Shown here piece after piece: positions 8,068 to 15,928 of a stretch of DNA of 27,641 nt. Within the stretch, counting starts at the first letter, position 1. The number at the start of each line of letters is the position of its first letter. The DNA is taken from IMG/VR virus record IMGVR_UViG_3300032227_000069, positions 1 through 27,641 of that record, one strand, 5' to 3'. The notes under the pieces were generated by a model, which had not been told where the DNA came from, ran no database searches, and was given only the letters and a program-made list of their open reading frames with translations. The DNA comes from a virus. Its lineage: Duplodnaviria; Caudoviricetes. Position numbers and translations under genes: made by a program.

Positions 8068-10079
8068 ACAACACCTCCAGCCTCCATAACATAATCCGTA
8101 CTAGCCCAATGCAATTCAATGTTTCTGCTTGCCACATTTAAGTTTACAGAGCCTGTATAGCCAATTCCTGTGACCCCTTGCCAAACTTTTGTAGTAATAA
8201 GACCACCAGACCATAGGTTTCCATCCCATTTAGCTGTGTCCCAAATACCTTCAGATTGTGTCAAAGGGTTAAATGACACAGCACCTAATTGAGATTGAGT
8301 GTCAAAATCTACGCTAATACCACATAAAACGGCTGGCACACCACCTGTAGATTGAAGAATAGGTCTAATCATAGTAAAACGTTTTAATTGGCCTGGGGTG
8401 TCAAAATAGCTATAGGCTTGTTGTGCGGTTGCAGTAATGTTGTTTTCATCATCAGAAAGGGTGTTGTAAAAAATACCTACAAAACCATTACTACCAAAAT
8501 GCATATCGGCATCACCTGACACTTCCCAGCAATAACCTTGAATATTGACAAATCTAGCCCAAGATTTAGTAATGGTGTGCATTACATATTGCTCTATTCC
8601 ATTCGGTATTGGAATGTTAAGAATAAGCATATTTTCACTAGCAAAATAGTTTATTTGCCAGCCAAATTGAGCATAATAAAGAGTTGCAGCTTGGCTTACT
8701 GCAAAATAAATTTTGTCTGTAAGGTTTACTCTAGGGTCTAGGCGGCTAGATTGCAACGCAGAAGCAAGAGGCACTAAACCATCTTGAGTAAGCAAAAGTA
8801 AATCTCCAGACCATTTAAAAAAGCACCTACGGCTAAAGGTTTGACCTAATTGCCATACGCCTTTTAATTGCCATGTGTCAGCATTGTCAGGGTCAGTTCC
8901 GTTATAAACAATTGCTTCACCCATAGAAGTAACAAATACTGCGTAGTCATCAGCACCTTGTCCAGCATCAAGTGTCCAAGTACCCATTGCTTGCAAATAG
9001 CCTGAATTTCTTGCAATACCACCAAAATATAATGGTGAAGCAACACCGCCAATAGCATCTACATCTAAATACCAGCAAGTTAAACTATCTTCTTCTGTAA
9101 AATATAAGCGGTTCTTAAACAAATTTACATTAGCAAACTTATTACTATTTACGCCTGTTATGCCTATTGTTGTGTAAGTTCCCACTACTGTTGCATTGGC
9201 GGCTGGGGCAGTAGCCATTGTGTAAGTAAAGCTACTTGCTCCAGTTACTGTAATGACATAAGTACCATTGTAATTAGATTCAGTAGCACCTGAGATTGTG
9301 ACACGATTACCTGTAACCAATCCATGAGGAGCAGCAGTAGTTAAAGTAGCTGTTAAATTACCTGTGCCGCCTCTTGTAATTGTGCTGATTGTTTGTGCTG
9401 TAGTTGTTGTGGCTACATAAAACCATGCGCTACCATCATAAATCATTACAGGGTCTACACCATTACAAGCTACTAAAAACTTGCCTGCGGTGTTAGTAAT
9501 GTTGACAAATTGTAATTTATCGCTAGAAATGCCACTAAATACTTTAACAGCAGGGTTAGCTTTTGTTTCCCAAATATCTGCGCCAGCAGCGCCAAATAGC
9601 TTATAAGTGCCAACTTCGGTGTAATTCATTAAAGTATTAACAGGAGTTGTAGCTTGATTTAAATATGTGCCTACTACCGTTGCATTTGTAGCTGGCGTTG
9701 ATGTCATTGAATAAGTAAAAGCAGTAGTGCTAGTTACAGTAATTTTAAATACGCCGCTATAAGCTGCTGGTGTTGTTCCTGTAATAGAAACATAAGCACC
9801 TGTTACTAAACCATGCGCTGTTGCAGTTGTTAGTGTAGCTAATGAATCTACACGAGTAATACTGCTAATTGTTTTTACATTTGTAGAAGTAGTTAAAATA
9901 GACGATACGCTATAACCTTTACGCATAGTCACATCAGTAGGGGTAGGATACCAATTTACTAATTGCACAGCGTCAGTAGGACTCATATTTGCAAGAGAAT
10001 CCCTAGCATTCCAGCCACCAATAGGTGCTGGCACAGAAGCTGTTTTAGCTGTGTTTTGTTTTGCTCTTTGTAATAGCAT
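8064..10079 (-). CDS. Tail hub / packaged-DNA stabilisation protein (P22 gp10-like) with two inserted beta-rich repeat domains
   Basis: 671 aa; PAPIGGWNARD N-terminus, beta-propeller-like FKNRLYF strands, WDTAKWD near the C-terminus; follows the adaptor gene. Confidence 0.8.
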   Translation of the reverse strand: MLLQRAKQNTAKTASVPAPIGGWNARDSLANMSPTDAVQLVNWYPTPTDVTMRKGYSVSSILTTSTNVKTISSITRVDSLATLTTATAHGLVTGAYVSITGTTPAAYSGVFKITVTSTTAFTYSMTSTPATNATVVGTYLNQATTPVNTLMNYTEVGTYKLFGAAGADIWETKANPAVKVFSGISSDKLQFVNITNTAGKFLVACNGVDPVMIYDGSAWFYVATTTTAQTISTITRGGTGNLTATLTTAAPHGLVTGNRVTISGATESNYNGTYVITVTGASSFTYTMATAPAANATVVGTYTTIGITGVNSNKFANVNLFKNRLYFTEEDSLTCWYLDVDAIGGVASPLYFGGIARNSGYLQAMGTWTLDAGQGADDYAVFVTSMGEAIVYNGTDPDNADTWQLKGVWQLGQTFSRRCFFKWSGDLLLLTQDGLVPLASALQSSRLDPRVNLTDKIYFAVSQAATLYYAQFGWQINYFASENMLILNIPIPNGIEQYVMHTITKSWARFVNIQGYCWEVSGDADMHFGSNGFVGIFYNTLSDDENNITATAQQAYSYFDTPGQLKRFTMIRPILQSTGGVPAVLCGISVDFDTQSQLGAVSFNPLTQSEGIWDTAKWDGNLWSGGLITTKVWQGVTGIGYTGSVNLNVASRNIELHWASTDYVMEAGGVV
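9174..9875 (-). repeat. Two ~70-aa intragenic repeat domains (9663-9875 and 9174-9395)
   Basis: Both read TISxITR...ATLTTAxxHGLVTGxxVxIxGxTxxxYxGxxxITVTxxxxFTYxMxxxPAxNATVVGTY. Confidence 0.9.
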
Positions 10080-10990
10080 TATGAGCCATAGCCTGTATCA
10101 GGGATATTAGCGTAACCAATAAGCACTTTGCTTGGGTAAGGAGCAAATGACAAATTAGGTGCGCCTTTGTCATTAGCTTTAGCAATAGACAATACACGCT
10201 GATAATCTTGGGAAACGACTGTAGTGTCAAAGCCTTTAATGCCCCAATATTTCATTTTGGTAAACAAAACTAATAAGCGGTCATCATAAACAGTCGTGTC
10301 TGAGTCGGCAGTAAAACTGTTTTTAATTGACCCATCTGCGCCTCTTGCCCAACCTTTTGACCTGTATTCCCAGCCTAAATACTCTTGAGTATTCATAATA
10401 GGCCATATTTGGAATTGGTTATCTAGGATACGCCAGCGAATTCTAGGGCCTGTAGAGATGTAACCAGACTTTAGCCATTGCCATTGTTGTGCATCTTCAC
10501 CTCCCAACATTTCCCAATGTTTCGATTTATCCCACATCGTACGATTAGTAATCGTTTCAAAGTCAGCAGGTAAATCATAAGCAGTCTGAGCGCATACGAC
10601 TGATTCCAAGCCACTACCTGTAGCCATTTGGCTCATTACTACCACTTTAGTAGTGTTATTTGCGCTTACAACATAAGTGTCTTGGGGGATGTTATAGCCT
10701 GATAACTGCCATTGGCTATCAACATTACTTAAATCTGTGCCAGCCTCAAAAGTTAATGTAGTAGAACCATTAACAGTTGTGGCATTGGCGGTTAAAGATT
10801 GCGTGTAGAAACGATACTGCACTTGGAGTGCTTGCCAATCATATTCTTTTAGCAAGTCATAACCAGAACCATTCATCAAAGCAAGAATTTGTTGCACATC
10901 TTGTGATGTATTGCCGATTACAAAAGATGGAACAGCCAAGTTTAGCTCGGCTGCGGTCTGTTGCACCATTTGAAGCATCGTTTGTGACAT
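10079..10990 (-). CDS. Head-tail adaptor (P22 gp4 / T7 gp11-like position)
   Basis: 303 aa; helical N-terminus (TMLQMVQQTAAEL...YDWQAL), YDLPADF motif, FQIWP, FTADSDT; immediately upstream of the hub gene. Confidence 0.78.
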   Translation of the reverse strand: MSQTMLQMVQQTAAELNLAVPSFVIGNTSQDVQQILALMNGSGYDLLKEYDWQALQVQYRFYTQSLTANATTVNGSTTLTFEAGTDLSNVDSQWQLSGYNIPQDTYVVSANNTTKVVVMSQMATGSGLESVVCAQTAYDLPADFETITNRTMWDKSKHWEMLGGEDAQQWQWLKSGYISTGPRIRWRILDNQFQIWPIMNTQEYLGWEYRSKGWARGADGSIKNSFTADSDTTVYDDRLLVLFTKMKYWGIKGFDTTVVSQDYQRVLSIAKANDKGAPNLSFAPYPSKVLIGYANIPDTGYGS

Positions 10991-10991
10991 A

Positions 10992-11615
10992 TTAAGCCTC
11001 TACTACTTTCGGTTTGCGTGATTTTGGAGTCTTTTCCGCAACAGCCGCAAGTAGCGCTTCCATTTGTTCTTGCATTTTGGATAGCTTCGCATCTGTTTCA
11101 GCCTTGATTTTATCATTTTCTTGGCGTAATGCTTGCAATTCTGCTTCTCTTTGGGCTACTTCTGCGGAATCGTTAGCCAAATTCAAAAATGCTTTAGCTT
11201 TTAAGCGGAAATTATGGGGACTCATACCAGCAACCATGCCAATACGCTGTAATTGTTGGTCAGAGCAGTCAGCAATAGCTTCTACTGTGTAAAATTTAAG
11301 ACCACGCAATTCTTCAGCTTGGCTACGAGTAATTTGAGGCCATTGGTCTAAAGGTGTGCCAACAACATCTTCGTGTCCTGCTGTTTGGTTCTGATAATGC
11401 GCCCATTGGCGAGGAAAACGCTGCTTATGGGATTCTTGTGCGTAAGTGTCGATTTCTGTCAAATTATCGCCAGGAATCATAATTCTTACAAAATCGAATT
11501 CTTTAAAAATTGGTCTGCCTGCCTCGTTTGAAGCGTCTTCTTGCTTCATACTTTTTTTATAGAATTGGACTGCTAATCTTGAATCTGCGCCTTGAATATC
11601 GCTTTCTATTGCCAT
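10992..11615 (-). CDS. Conserved phage protein with helix-hairpin-helix-like motif and C-terminal coiled coil
   Basis: GTPLDQWPQITRSQAEELRGLKFYTVEAIADCSDQQLQRIG resembles an HhH/RadA-N domain; coiled coil and basic tail; SD GGAG. Confidence 0.75.
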   Translation of the reverse strand: MAIESDIQGADSRLAVQFYKKSMKQEDASNEAGRPIFKEFDFVRIMIPGDNLTEIDTYAQESHKQRFPRQWAHYQNQTAGHEDVVGTPLDQWPQITRSQAEELRGLKFYTVEAIADCSDQQLQRIGMVAGMSPHNFRLKAKAFLNLANDSAEVAQREAELQALRQENDKIKAETDAKLSKMQEQMEALLAAVAEKTPKSRKPKVVEA

Positions 11616-11644
11616 TTTTAATTCTCCAAAGTGGTTTGGGTTAT

Positions 11645-11681
11645 AAAAAAAAGAAAAGGGCTACCCTTTTGAGATAGCCCT
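11645..11681 (-). terminator. Rho-independent terminator after the capsid/decoration genes
   Basis: Minus strand reads AGGGCTATCT-CAAAA-GGGTAGCCCT (10-bp stem with two G-U pairs) followed by TTTCTTTTTTTT. Confidence 0.88.
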
Positions 11682-11718
11682 CGTTTTACTACATTTTCAA
11701 TTTAAGAGGGTTAACCTA

Positions 11719-12018
11719 TTAAACAGAAGCTGCTGAGAACCAACCGTAATCGCCTGAAGCCATTGCGACTGTTGGTGCTAAGTAAGTACCAGCAGAAGCG
11801 GTAGCTACAAAGGTTGAAGCGTTGATAGAGCAAGTTGCTGTGTTAGCTGTAATAGCTGCACCTGCTACTGCCCATACATAACGACGACCATCTGACGCAT
11901 CTACTTGTGCGCCTAATGGGCCGAATGTTGGTACTGTTGTTCCGTTAGCAGCCAATTCAGTAACAGTTTGTGTGTCAACTAAATCAACTCCTGATAGGGG
12001 GGTAATGGTATATGCCAT
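11719..12018 (-). CDS. Putative capsid decoration / cement protein
   Basis: 99 aa, Ala/Thr/Gly-rich beta protein (DGRRYVWAVAG...GDYGWF) between the major capsid gene and the terminator; strong SD TAAGGA. Confidence 0.72.
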   Translation of the reverse strand: MAYTITPLSGVDLVDTQTVTELAANGTTVPTFGPLGAQVDASDGRRYVWAVAGAAITANTATCSINASTFVATASAGTYLAPTVAMASGDYGWFSAASV

Positions 12019-12051
12019 GATATTTTTCCTTAAATGTTAAATGGACAAAAT

Positions 12052-12075
12052 TAGAAAGGGCTTTCGCCCAATCTA
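12052..12075 (-). promoter_or_regulatory. GNRA-tetraloop hairpin immediately after the major capsid stop (mRNA stabiliser or weak terminator)
   Basis: Minus strand reads TAGA-TT-GGGC-GAAA-GCCC-TT-TCTA then ATTTTG. Confidence 0.65.
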
Positions 12076-13059
12076 TTAGGTTGTCAACAAGCCTTGCAAG
12101 AAGCTATTAGATGTTGTCAAGTTACCAGCCCAACCGTAGAGCTTCACGATTGCGTCTTGGTTGATTGACTGACGCTCGCCACCAATAGGTACAAAGTTAC
12201 GCTCTTTGTGTGGGCGTAAGAAAATGTAATTGGTGTTCAAGAAATACATATAAGTAGCTGTTTCCTGTGAACCATAACCACCACCCAATACCACATCGGC
12301 AGAAGTACCGCCACCGTAGAACTTGAGGGAAGCAAAACCAGCAGCGCCAGATTCTTCAGCAGCAATACGCTGAATAGCTTGCAATGCGCCTACATAGTAG
12401 GAATACATTGTGTTACCAGCAACAATTAAGTCAGCTTTGTCTGTGCCACGAATCTGTTTGATAGCAGCGTCAGTCATCTTAGACAAAATGTTACCGCCAG
12501 AACCACCAGTAGCACCAGTAGTGATTTGGTTCTGCCAGAATGTCCATACTGCACGGTTAATACCACCGTAAGTACCTGTAGTTGGAGAAACTGCAACAGC
12601 AGCGCCCAAACCATCCAAGTTCTTACCACCGTTACCAGTACCGTTGCCATACAAGTCACCAGAAATACGGTTCAACAAGCGAGCTTCGGAAACTTGCATA
12701 CGACCATCTAACAAGTCAATGATTGCTTCTTTAGAGCTGTTTTGCAACATCTCAAGACCAGACATAGTAACTGCGTCAGCGTACTGAGCAATTTTGAACT
12801 GAGCAGCAGAAATAGGGCTATCTGGAGCAATGTTCAATACTTCATATCCGCTATAAGAGTTAGCGTTGTTTGTGGCGCTATCGTCATACATAATTTCTTC
12901 GAGAATCACATTACCGCCTGAGAATGGGCGTACATTGCCCTTCTGGTTCAAGCGCTGAAGAATAGCGTTGTTTTGTGTTAAGTTGTCTGCCAATTCACCG
13001 CTACGACTTTGAATAGTGGTAGCGATAATATCGGTAATTGCTGAGTTAGCGAATGCCAT
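12076..13059 (-). CDS. Major capsid protein
   Basis: 327 aa; downstream of scaffold; IIDLLDGRMQVSE...ISGDLYGNG and GTYGGINR motifs typical of podovirus HK97-fold capsid proteins; strong SD; codons visibly shifted to C-ending. Confidence 0.92.
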   Translation of the reverse strand: MAFANSAITDIIATTIQSRSGELADNLTQNNAILQRLNQKGNVRPFSGGNVILEEIMYDDSATNNANSYSGYEVLNIAPDSPISAAQFKIAQYADAVTMSGLEMLQNSSKEAIIDLLDGRMQVSEARLLNRISGDLYGNGTGNGGKNLDGLGAAVAVSPTTGTYGGINRAVWTFWQNQITTGATGGSGGNILSKMTDAAIKQIRGTDKADLIVAGNTMYSYYVGALQAIQRIAAEESGAAGFASLKFYGGGTSADVVLGGGYGSQETATYMYFLNTNYIFLRPHKERNFVPIGGERQSINQDAIVKLYGWAGNLTTSNSFLQGLLTT

Positions 13060-13095
13060 GATATATCCTTAAAAAAATGTGCCAAAATTGGCTAG

Positions 13096-14160
13096 TTAAA
13101 CCCGACGACTCATTGCTTCACCTAATTGGTCGGCAATTAAAGACCGTCTATCCTTTTTATCTTCTGGGTTACTCACTTTTCCACTAGGAGTAGTGGACTT
13201 AGGACTAACCGCAGCAGCCTTAGCCTTCGCTACTTGCTGTGCTTTGATTGCTGATTGTTTGGCATCTTTCAAGAGTCTATCTTGCTCTAATGCCCATACA
13301 TCATCATTCATACGCACGGCTTTCTTGTAGGCCGTTTCTAGGTCTTGGGCTTTCCCTAGCTCAAGTAATTGAGCCATTTCTTCCCTTACCACATCAAAAT
13401 GCGGAAAATTCTCCACATCACTTCTTACTCTTTCAATTTCACCCATTAAGCGTTGATTTTCTTCTTGAGCAAATCGACCTTTAATGCTTGAAACTTCTTG
13501 ATTTACCATGTTTAGTTGGTTCATCAGTTGTTGCGTGTATGGGTCAAGCTGTGTTGCCTGACCATTTCCTGATAATTGTATACCATAGTCTGCCGCAAGT
13601 CTTTGAAACACTTGGACTTTCTGTTCCATTGGTGCGTTAGACAAAATTTGCTCTGCACGAACCAAATTTTCAATGTATTGAGTAGGTTGTATTCCTCGTC
13701 TTTGCAAGTTATCTGCAAATGGAGCAATAGCATTTTCATAAGATTTAGCTCTGTCAGCTTCAGCTTTATAAGTGCTTACGCCTTTCTTGTATTCAGACTC
13801 ACGCTGATTAGCGTACTCGGCAAACTTAGTAAAATCTTCCTTACTAATCTGCTCACCAGCTTCCATCTTGTCCCAAATTTGGACATATTCTTTTTTCCAG
13901 GTTGATGGGCGAGTTACAGGTTTGACTTCTTCTGCTGCCTCCTGAGCATCATCCTTGTCCGCAAGTTCAATAGCATCAAGGACTTCGGCAGATTCCTCGT
14001 TACTTGACCCGCTATCTTCCTCTTTAGCGGACTCCTTGGCAATAATGTCCGTTTCATCAGCTTCAATGTCTTTTTCGATAGGTGGTTCAAGATTGCCTTC
14101 CTCTGCTGCGTCTAAAGCAGCTTCTAATAAATCTCTGCGGTCTAAATTTTCTTCTGACAT
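13096..14160 (-). CDS. Capsid scaffolding protein
   Basis: Highly acidic N-terminus, PSTWKKE motif, long helical body, DLETAYKKAV, Ala/Lys-rich C-terminus; directly upstream of the capsid gene. Confidence 0.82.
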   Translation of the reverse strand: MSEENLDRRDLLEAALDAAEEGNLEPPIEKDIEADETDIIAKESAKEEDSGSSNEESAEVLDAIELADKDDAQEAAEEVKPVTRPSTWKKEYVQIWDKMEAGEQISKEDFTKFAEYANQRESEYKKGVSTYKAEADRAKSYENAIAPFADNLQRRGIQPTQYIENLVRAEQILSNAPMEQKVQVFQRLAADYGIQLSGNGQATQLDPYTQQLMNQLNMVNQEVSSIKGRFAQEENQRLMGEIERVRSDVENFPHFDVVREEMAQLLELGKAQDLETAYKKAVRMNDDVWALEQDRLLKDAKQSAIKAQQVAKAKAAAVSPKSTTPSGKVSNPEDKKDRRSLIADQLGEAMSRRV

Positions 14161-14169
14161 GGTTTTTCC

Positions 14170-14562
14170 TTATCTTAGTTTGGCGTAGGCTAATTCAGCA
14201 ATTTGTCGCTTTCTTGCTTCTTGTGACTTTTTGCTCATTTCGGGGGCTTTTTGCTGCATTGGCACATCATTACCAATCTCAATACAATGGTTGCGCTTTA
14301 AGTTTTCTCTGTGTTTAGACCGACTGTCTACCCATGTGCCATCAGCCATAGAAATATGACCTTCAATGTCAGGAATAACCATAGGGGCTTCTCTATATGT
14401 CATTTCTTGTTTTTGCTTCCAGGCTTCTTCAGCTTCTGGGCCTTCAAAAGGCAAATTCCAATAAGCAAGGTATTTTTCCCTGTCATCGTATTGATTAGGG
14501 TCATACTCCTCATGGTCTACTTTGCAACATGGGCAAGTTACCGTGATTTTTACCAAAGCCAT
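14170..14562 (-). CDS. Hypothetical protein (N-terminal CPCC; phage head-module motif)
   Basis: 130 aa with APMVIPDIEGHISMADGTWVDSRSKHRENLKRNHCIEIGND; coupled to the upstream gene by TAATG. Confidence 0.75.
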   Translation of the reverse strand: MALVKITVTCPCCKVDHEEYDPNQYDDREKYLAYWNLPFEGPEAEEAWKQKQEMTYREAPMVIPDIEGHISMADGTWVDSRSKHRENLKRNHCIEIGNDVPMQQKAPEMSKKSQEARKRQIAELAYAKLR

Positions 14563-15455
14563 TACATTCTCCTTATTAAATCGGGTATTTTGTGCAACTC
14601 ATCTTCTTCAACAGTCACAATAGAGTCGTACCATGTGCCGTGTTTCCAGCGCCAGCATTTAAACTCTTTCTTAGGCATGATTACAATGGTTTTAACGCCC
14701 AAAGCACCTGCTAGGTGGGCTATGCCTGTGTCTACTGTTACAAGTCCCTTACAAGCTTTTAAATGGCTTGCAGTCTTATTCCAATCTTGTTGCCAACCAT
14801 CTTTAGGTAATGGACTCCAAAACCTATCTTCTTCAGGATTAAATGAATAAGCGTCAGGGCCTACTAATTCAAGCATTGTTTCTGGGCGCATTGTGCGCAC
14901 ATAATGTAAAAGACCTTTAGAGGTAGACCAATTAACTGCTAGTTTTTTAGGGATGTTGCTAGGAATAGCGTCTAAATAACCTTCTGAGCCTACAATCTTC
15001 TCTAAGTTGCATGGAAACAACGCTCTTGCATAAGCAGGGGCTAAGCTAATGTAATAAGGCAACGAAATAATGCCAATCCAGTAGTCTGACTCTGTAGCTA
15101 TGCCTTCTTCTGGCATATTAGTAAAGGTGTCAACGCAATCCATTTGCCCAAATAGCGTATGTAATGAGCCATGTTGTAATAAAACAACAGACTTAGCGCC
15201 CATTACCTTTAAGAATGGCAAAAATCGTGCGTATTGAATGATGTCGCCAAAACCTTGCTCTGCTTGCACAGTAATGGTTTTCCCTAATAGGGATTCACCT
15301 CTCCATACGGGCATTTTTAACTTTTGATGGTATGGCTGTGCTTGATTAGCAATAATCTCAGGATGCCATCTATATTCAAAAAGCCTAAATCCAGCGTCTA
15401 AGCGACCAGCATGGAGGTGTTCGTAGGCTTTCTTGTATTCCGTGTGTGGGTTTAA
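14562..15455 (-). CDS. Glycosyltransferase, GT9/heptosyltransferase-like (GT-B), of the type usually fused to TPRs; start uncertain
   Basis: WRGESLLGKTITVQAEQGFGDIIQYARFL and LVTVDTGIAHLAGALG...WRW signatures. The first ATG is at 15314, but the frame is open to 15479 and encodes the family's LHAGRLDAGFRLFEYRW segment. Confidence 0.85.
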   Translation of the reverse strand, partial: LNPHTEYKKAYEHLHAGRLDAGFRLFEYRWHPEIIANQAQPYHQKLKMPVWRGESLLGKTITVQAEQGFGDIIQYARFLPFLKVMGAKSVVLLQHGSLHTLFGQMDCVDTFTNMPEEGIATESDYWIGIISLPYYISLAPAYARALFPCNLEKIVGSEGYLDAIPSNIPKKLAVNWSTSKGLLHYVRTMRPETMLELVGPDAYSFNPEEDRFWSPLPKDGWQQDWNKTASHLKACKGLVTVDTGIAHLAGALGVKTIVIMPKKEFKCWRWKHGTWYDSIVTVEEDELHKIPDLIRRM

Positions 15456-15925
15456 AGTAAGAGTGCTAATAATGCTTCCTCATCGTCTAATTCTGCTTGC
15501 CGTTTTGCTTCTAAGACTGCTAACTCTTGTTCTAATCTGAGTTTTGCACTTCTCATTGCTACTGCGGTTTGCAGGTCTTGTTGCTGTTTAACAAGATTAG
15601 CGATGTATCGGTCAATGTTTGCTAGGTTTGACGGTATATCAACGCTAACTTCTTGATTGGATTGTATATTAGTTTGTTTGCGTTTGCTTACTTTTGGCGG
15701 GTCAACCAAATCAGCAATTGTTTGTTTGCGTTTTTCAGCGTCAGTTTTTAACGCATTAATACGCTTTTCTTCGGCAATTCTAAGTTTCTTTTGTAAAGCC
15801 TTATAGCGTTTCTTTTCTTCTGGTGTCCAAGCGTCATCACCACCTTGTTTTGTTGGTGGTGTAGGGGTAATGTCTATTTGAAAGGCATTATTTTGAAACG
15901 CATTTATTTGGAAAGCTGTAGTCAT
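15452..15925 (-). CDS. Hypothetical virion-module protein with N-terminal AFQxN repeats and coiled coil
   Basis: 157 aa; MTTAFQINAFQNNAFQID, GGDDA linker, C-terminal DDEEALLALLL. Confidence 0.8.
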   Translation of the reverse strand: MTTAFQINAFQNNAFQIDITPTPPTKQGGDDAWTPEEKKRYKALQKKLRIAEEKRINALKTDAEKRKQTIADLVDPPKVSKRKQTNIQSNQEVSVDIPSNLANIDRYIANLVKQQQDLQTAVAMRSAKLRLEQELAVLEAKRQAELDDEEALLALLL

Positions 15926-15928
15926 TAC

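Noticed and set aside
15450-15456. TTTAAAC (coronavirus-type slippery heptamer) and prfB-like CTT-TAA at the 157-aa/GT junction
   Set aside because: The heptamer is phased T-TTA-AAC in the GT frame, not the upstream frame, so it cannot drive a canonical -1 shift into the GT. A prfB-type +1 shift enters a frame that stops at TAG after about 23 codons.
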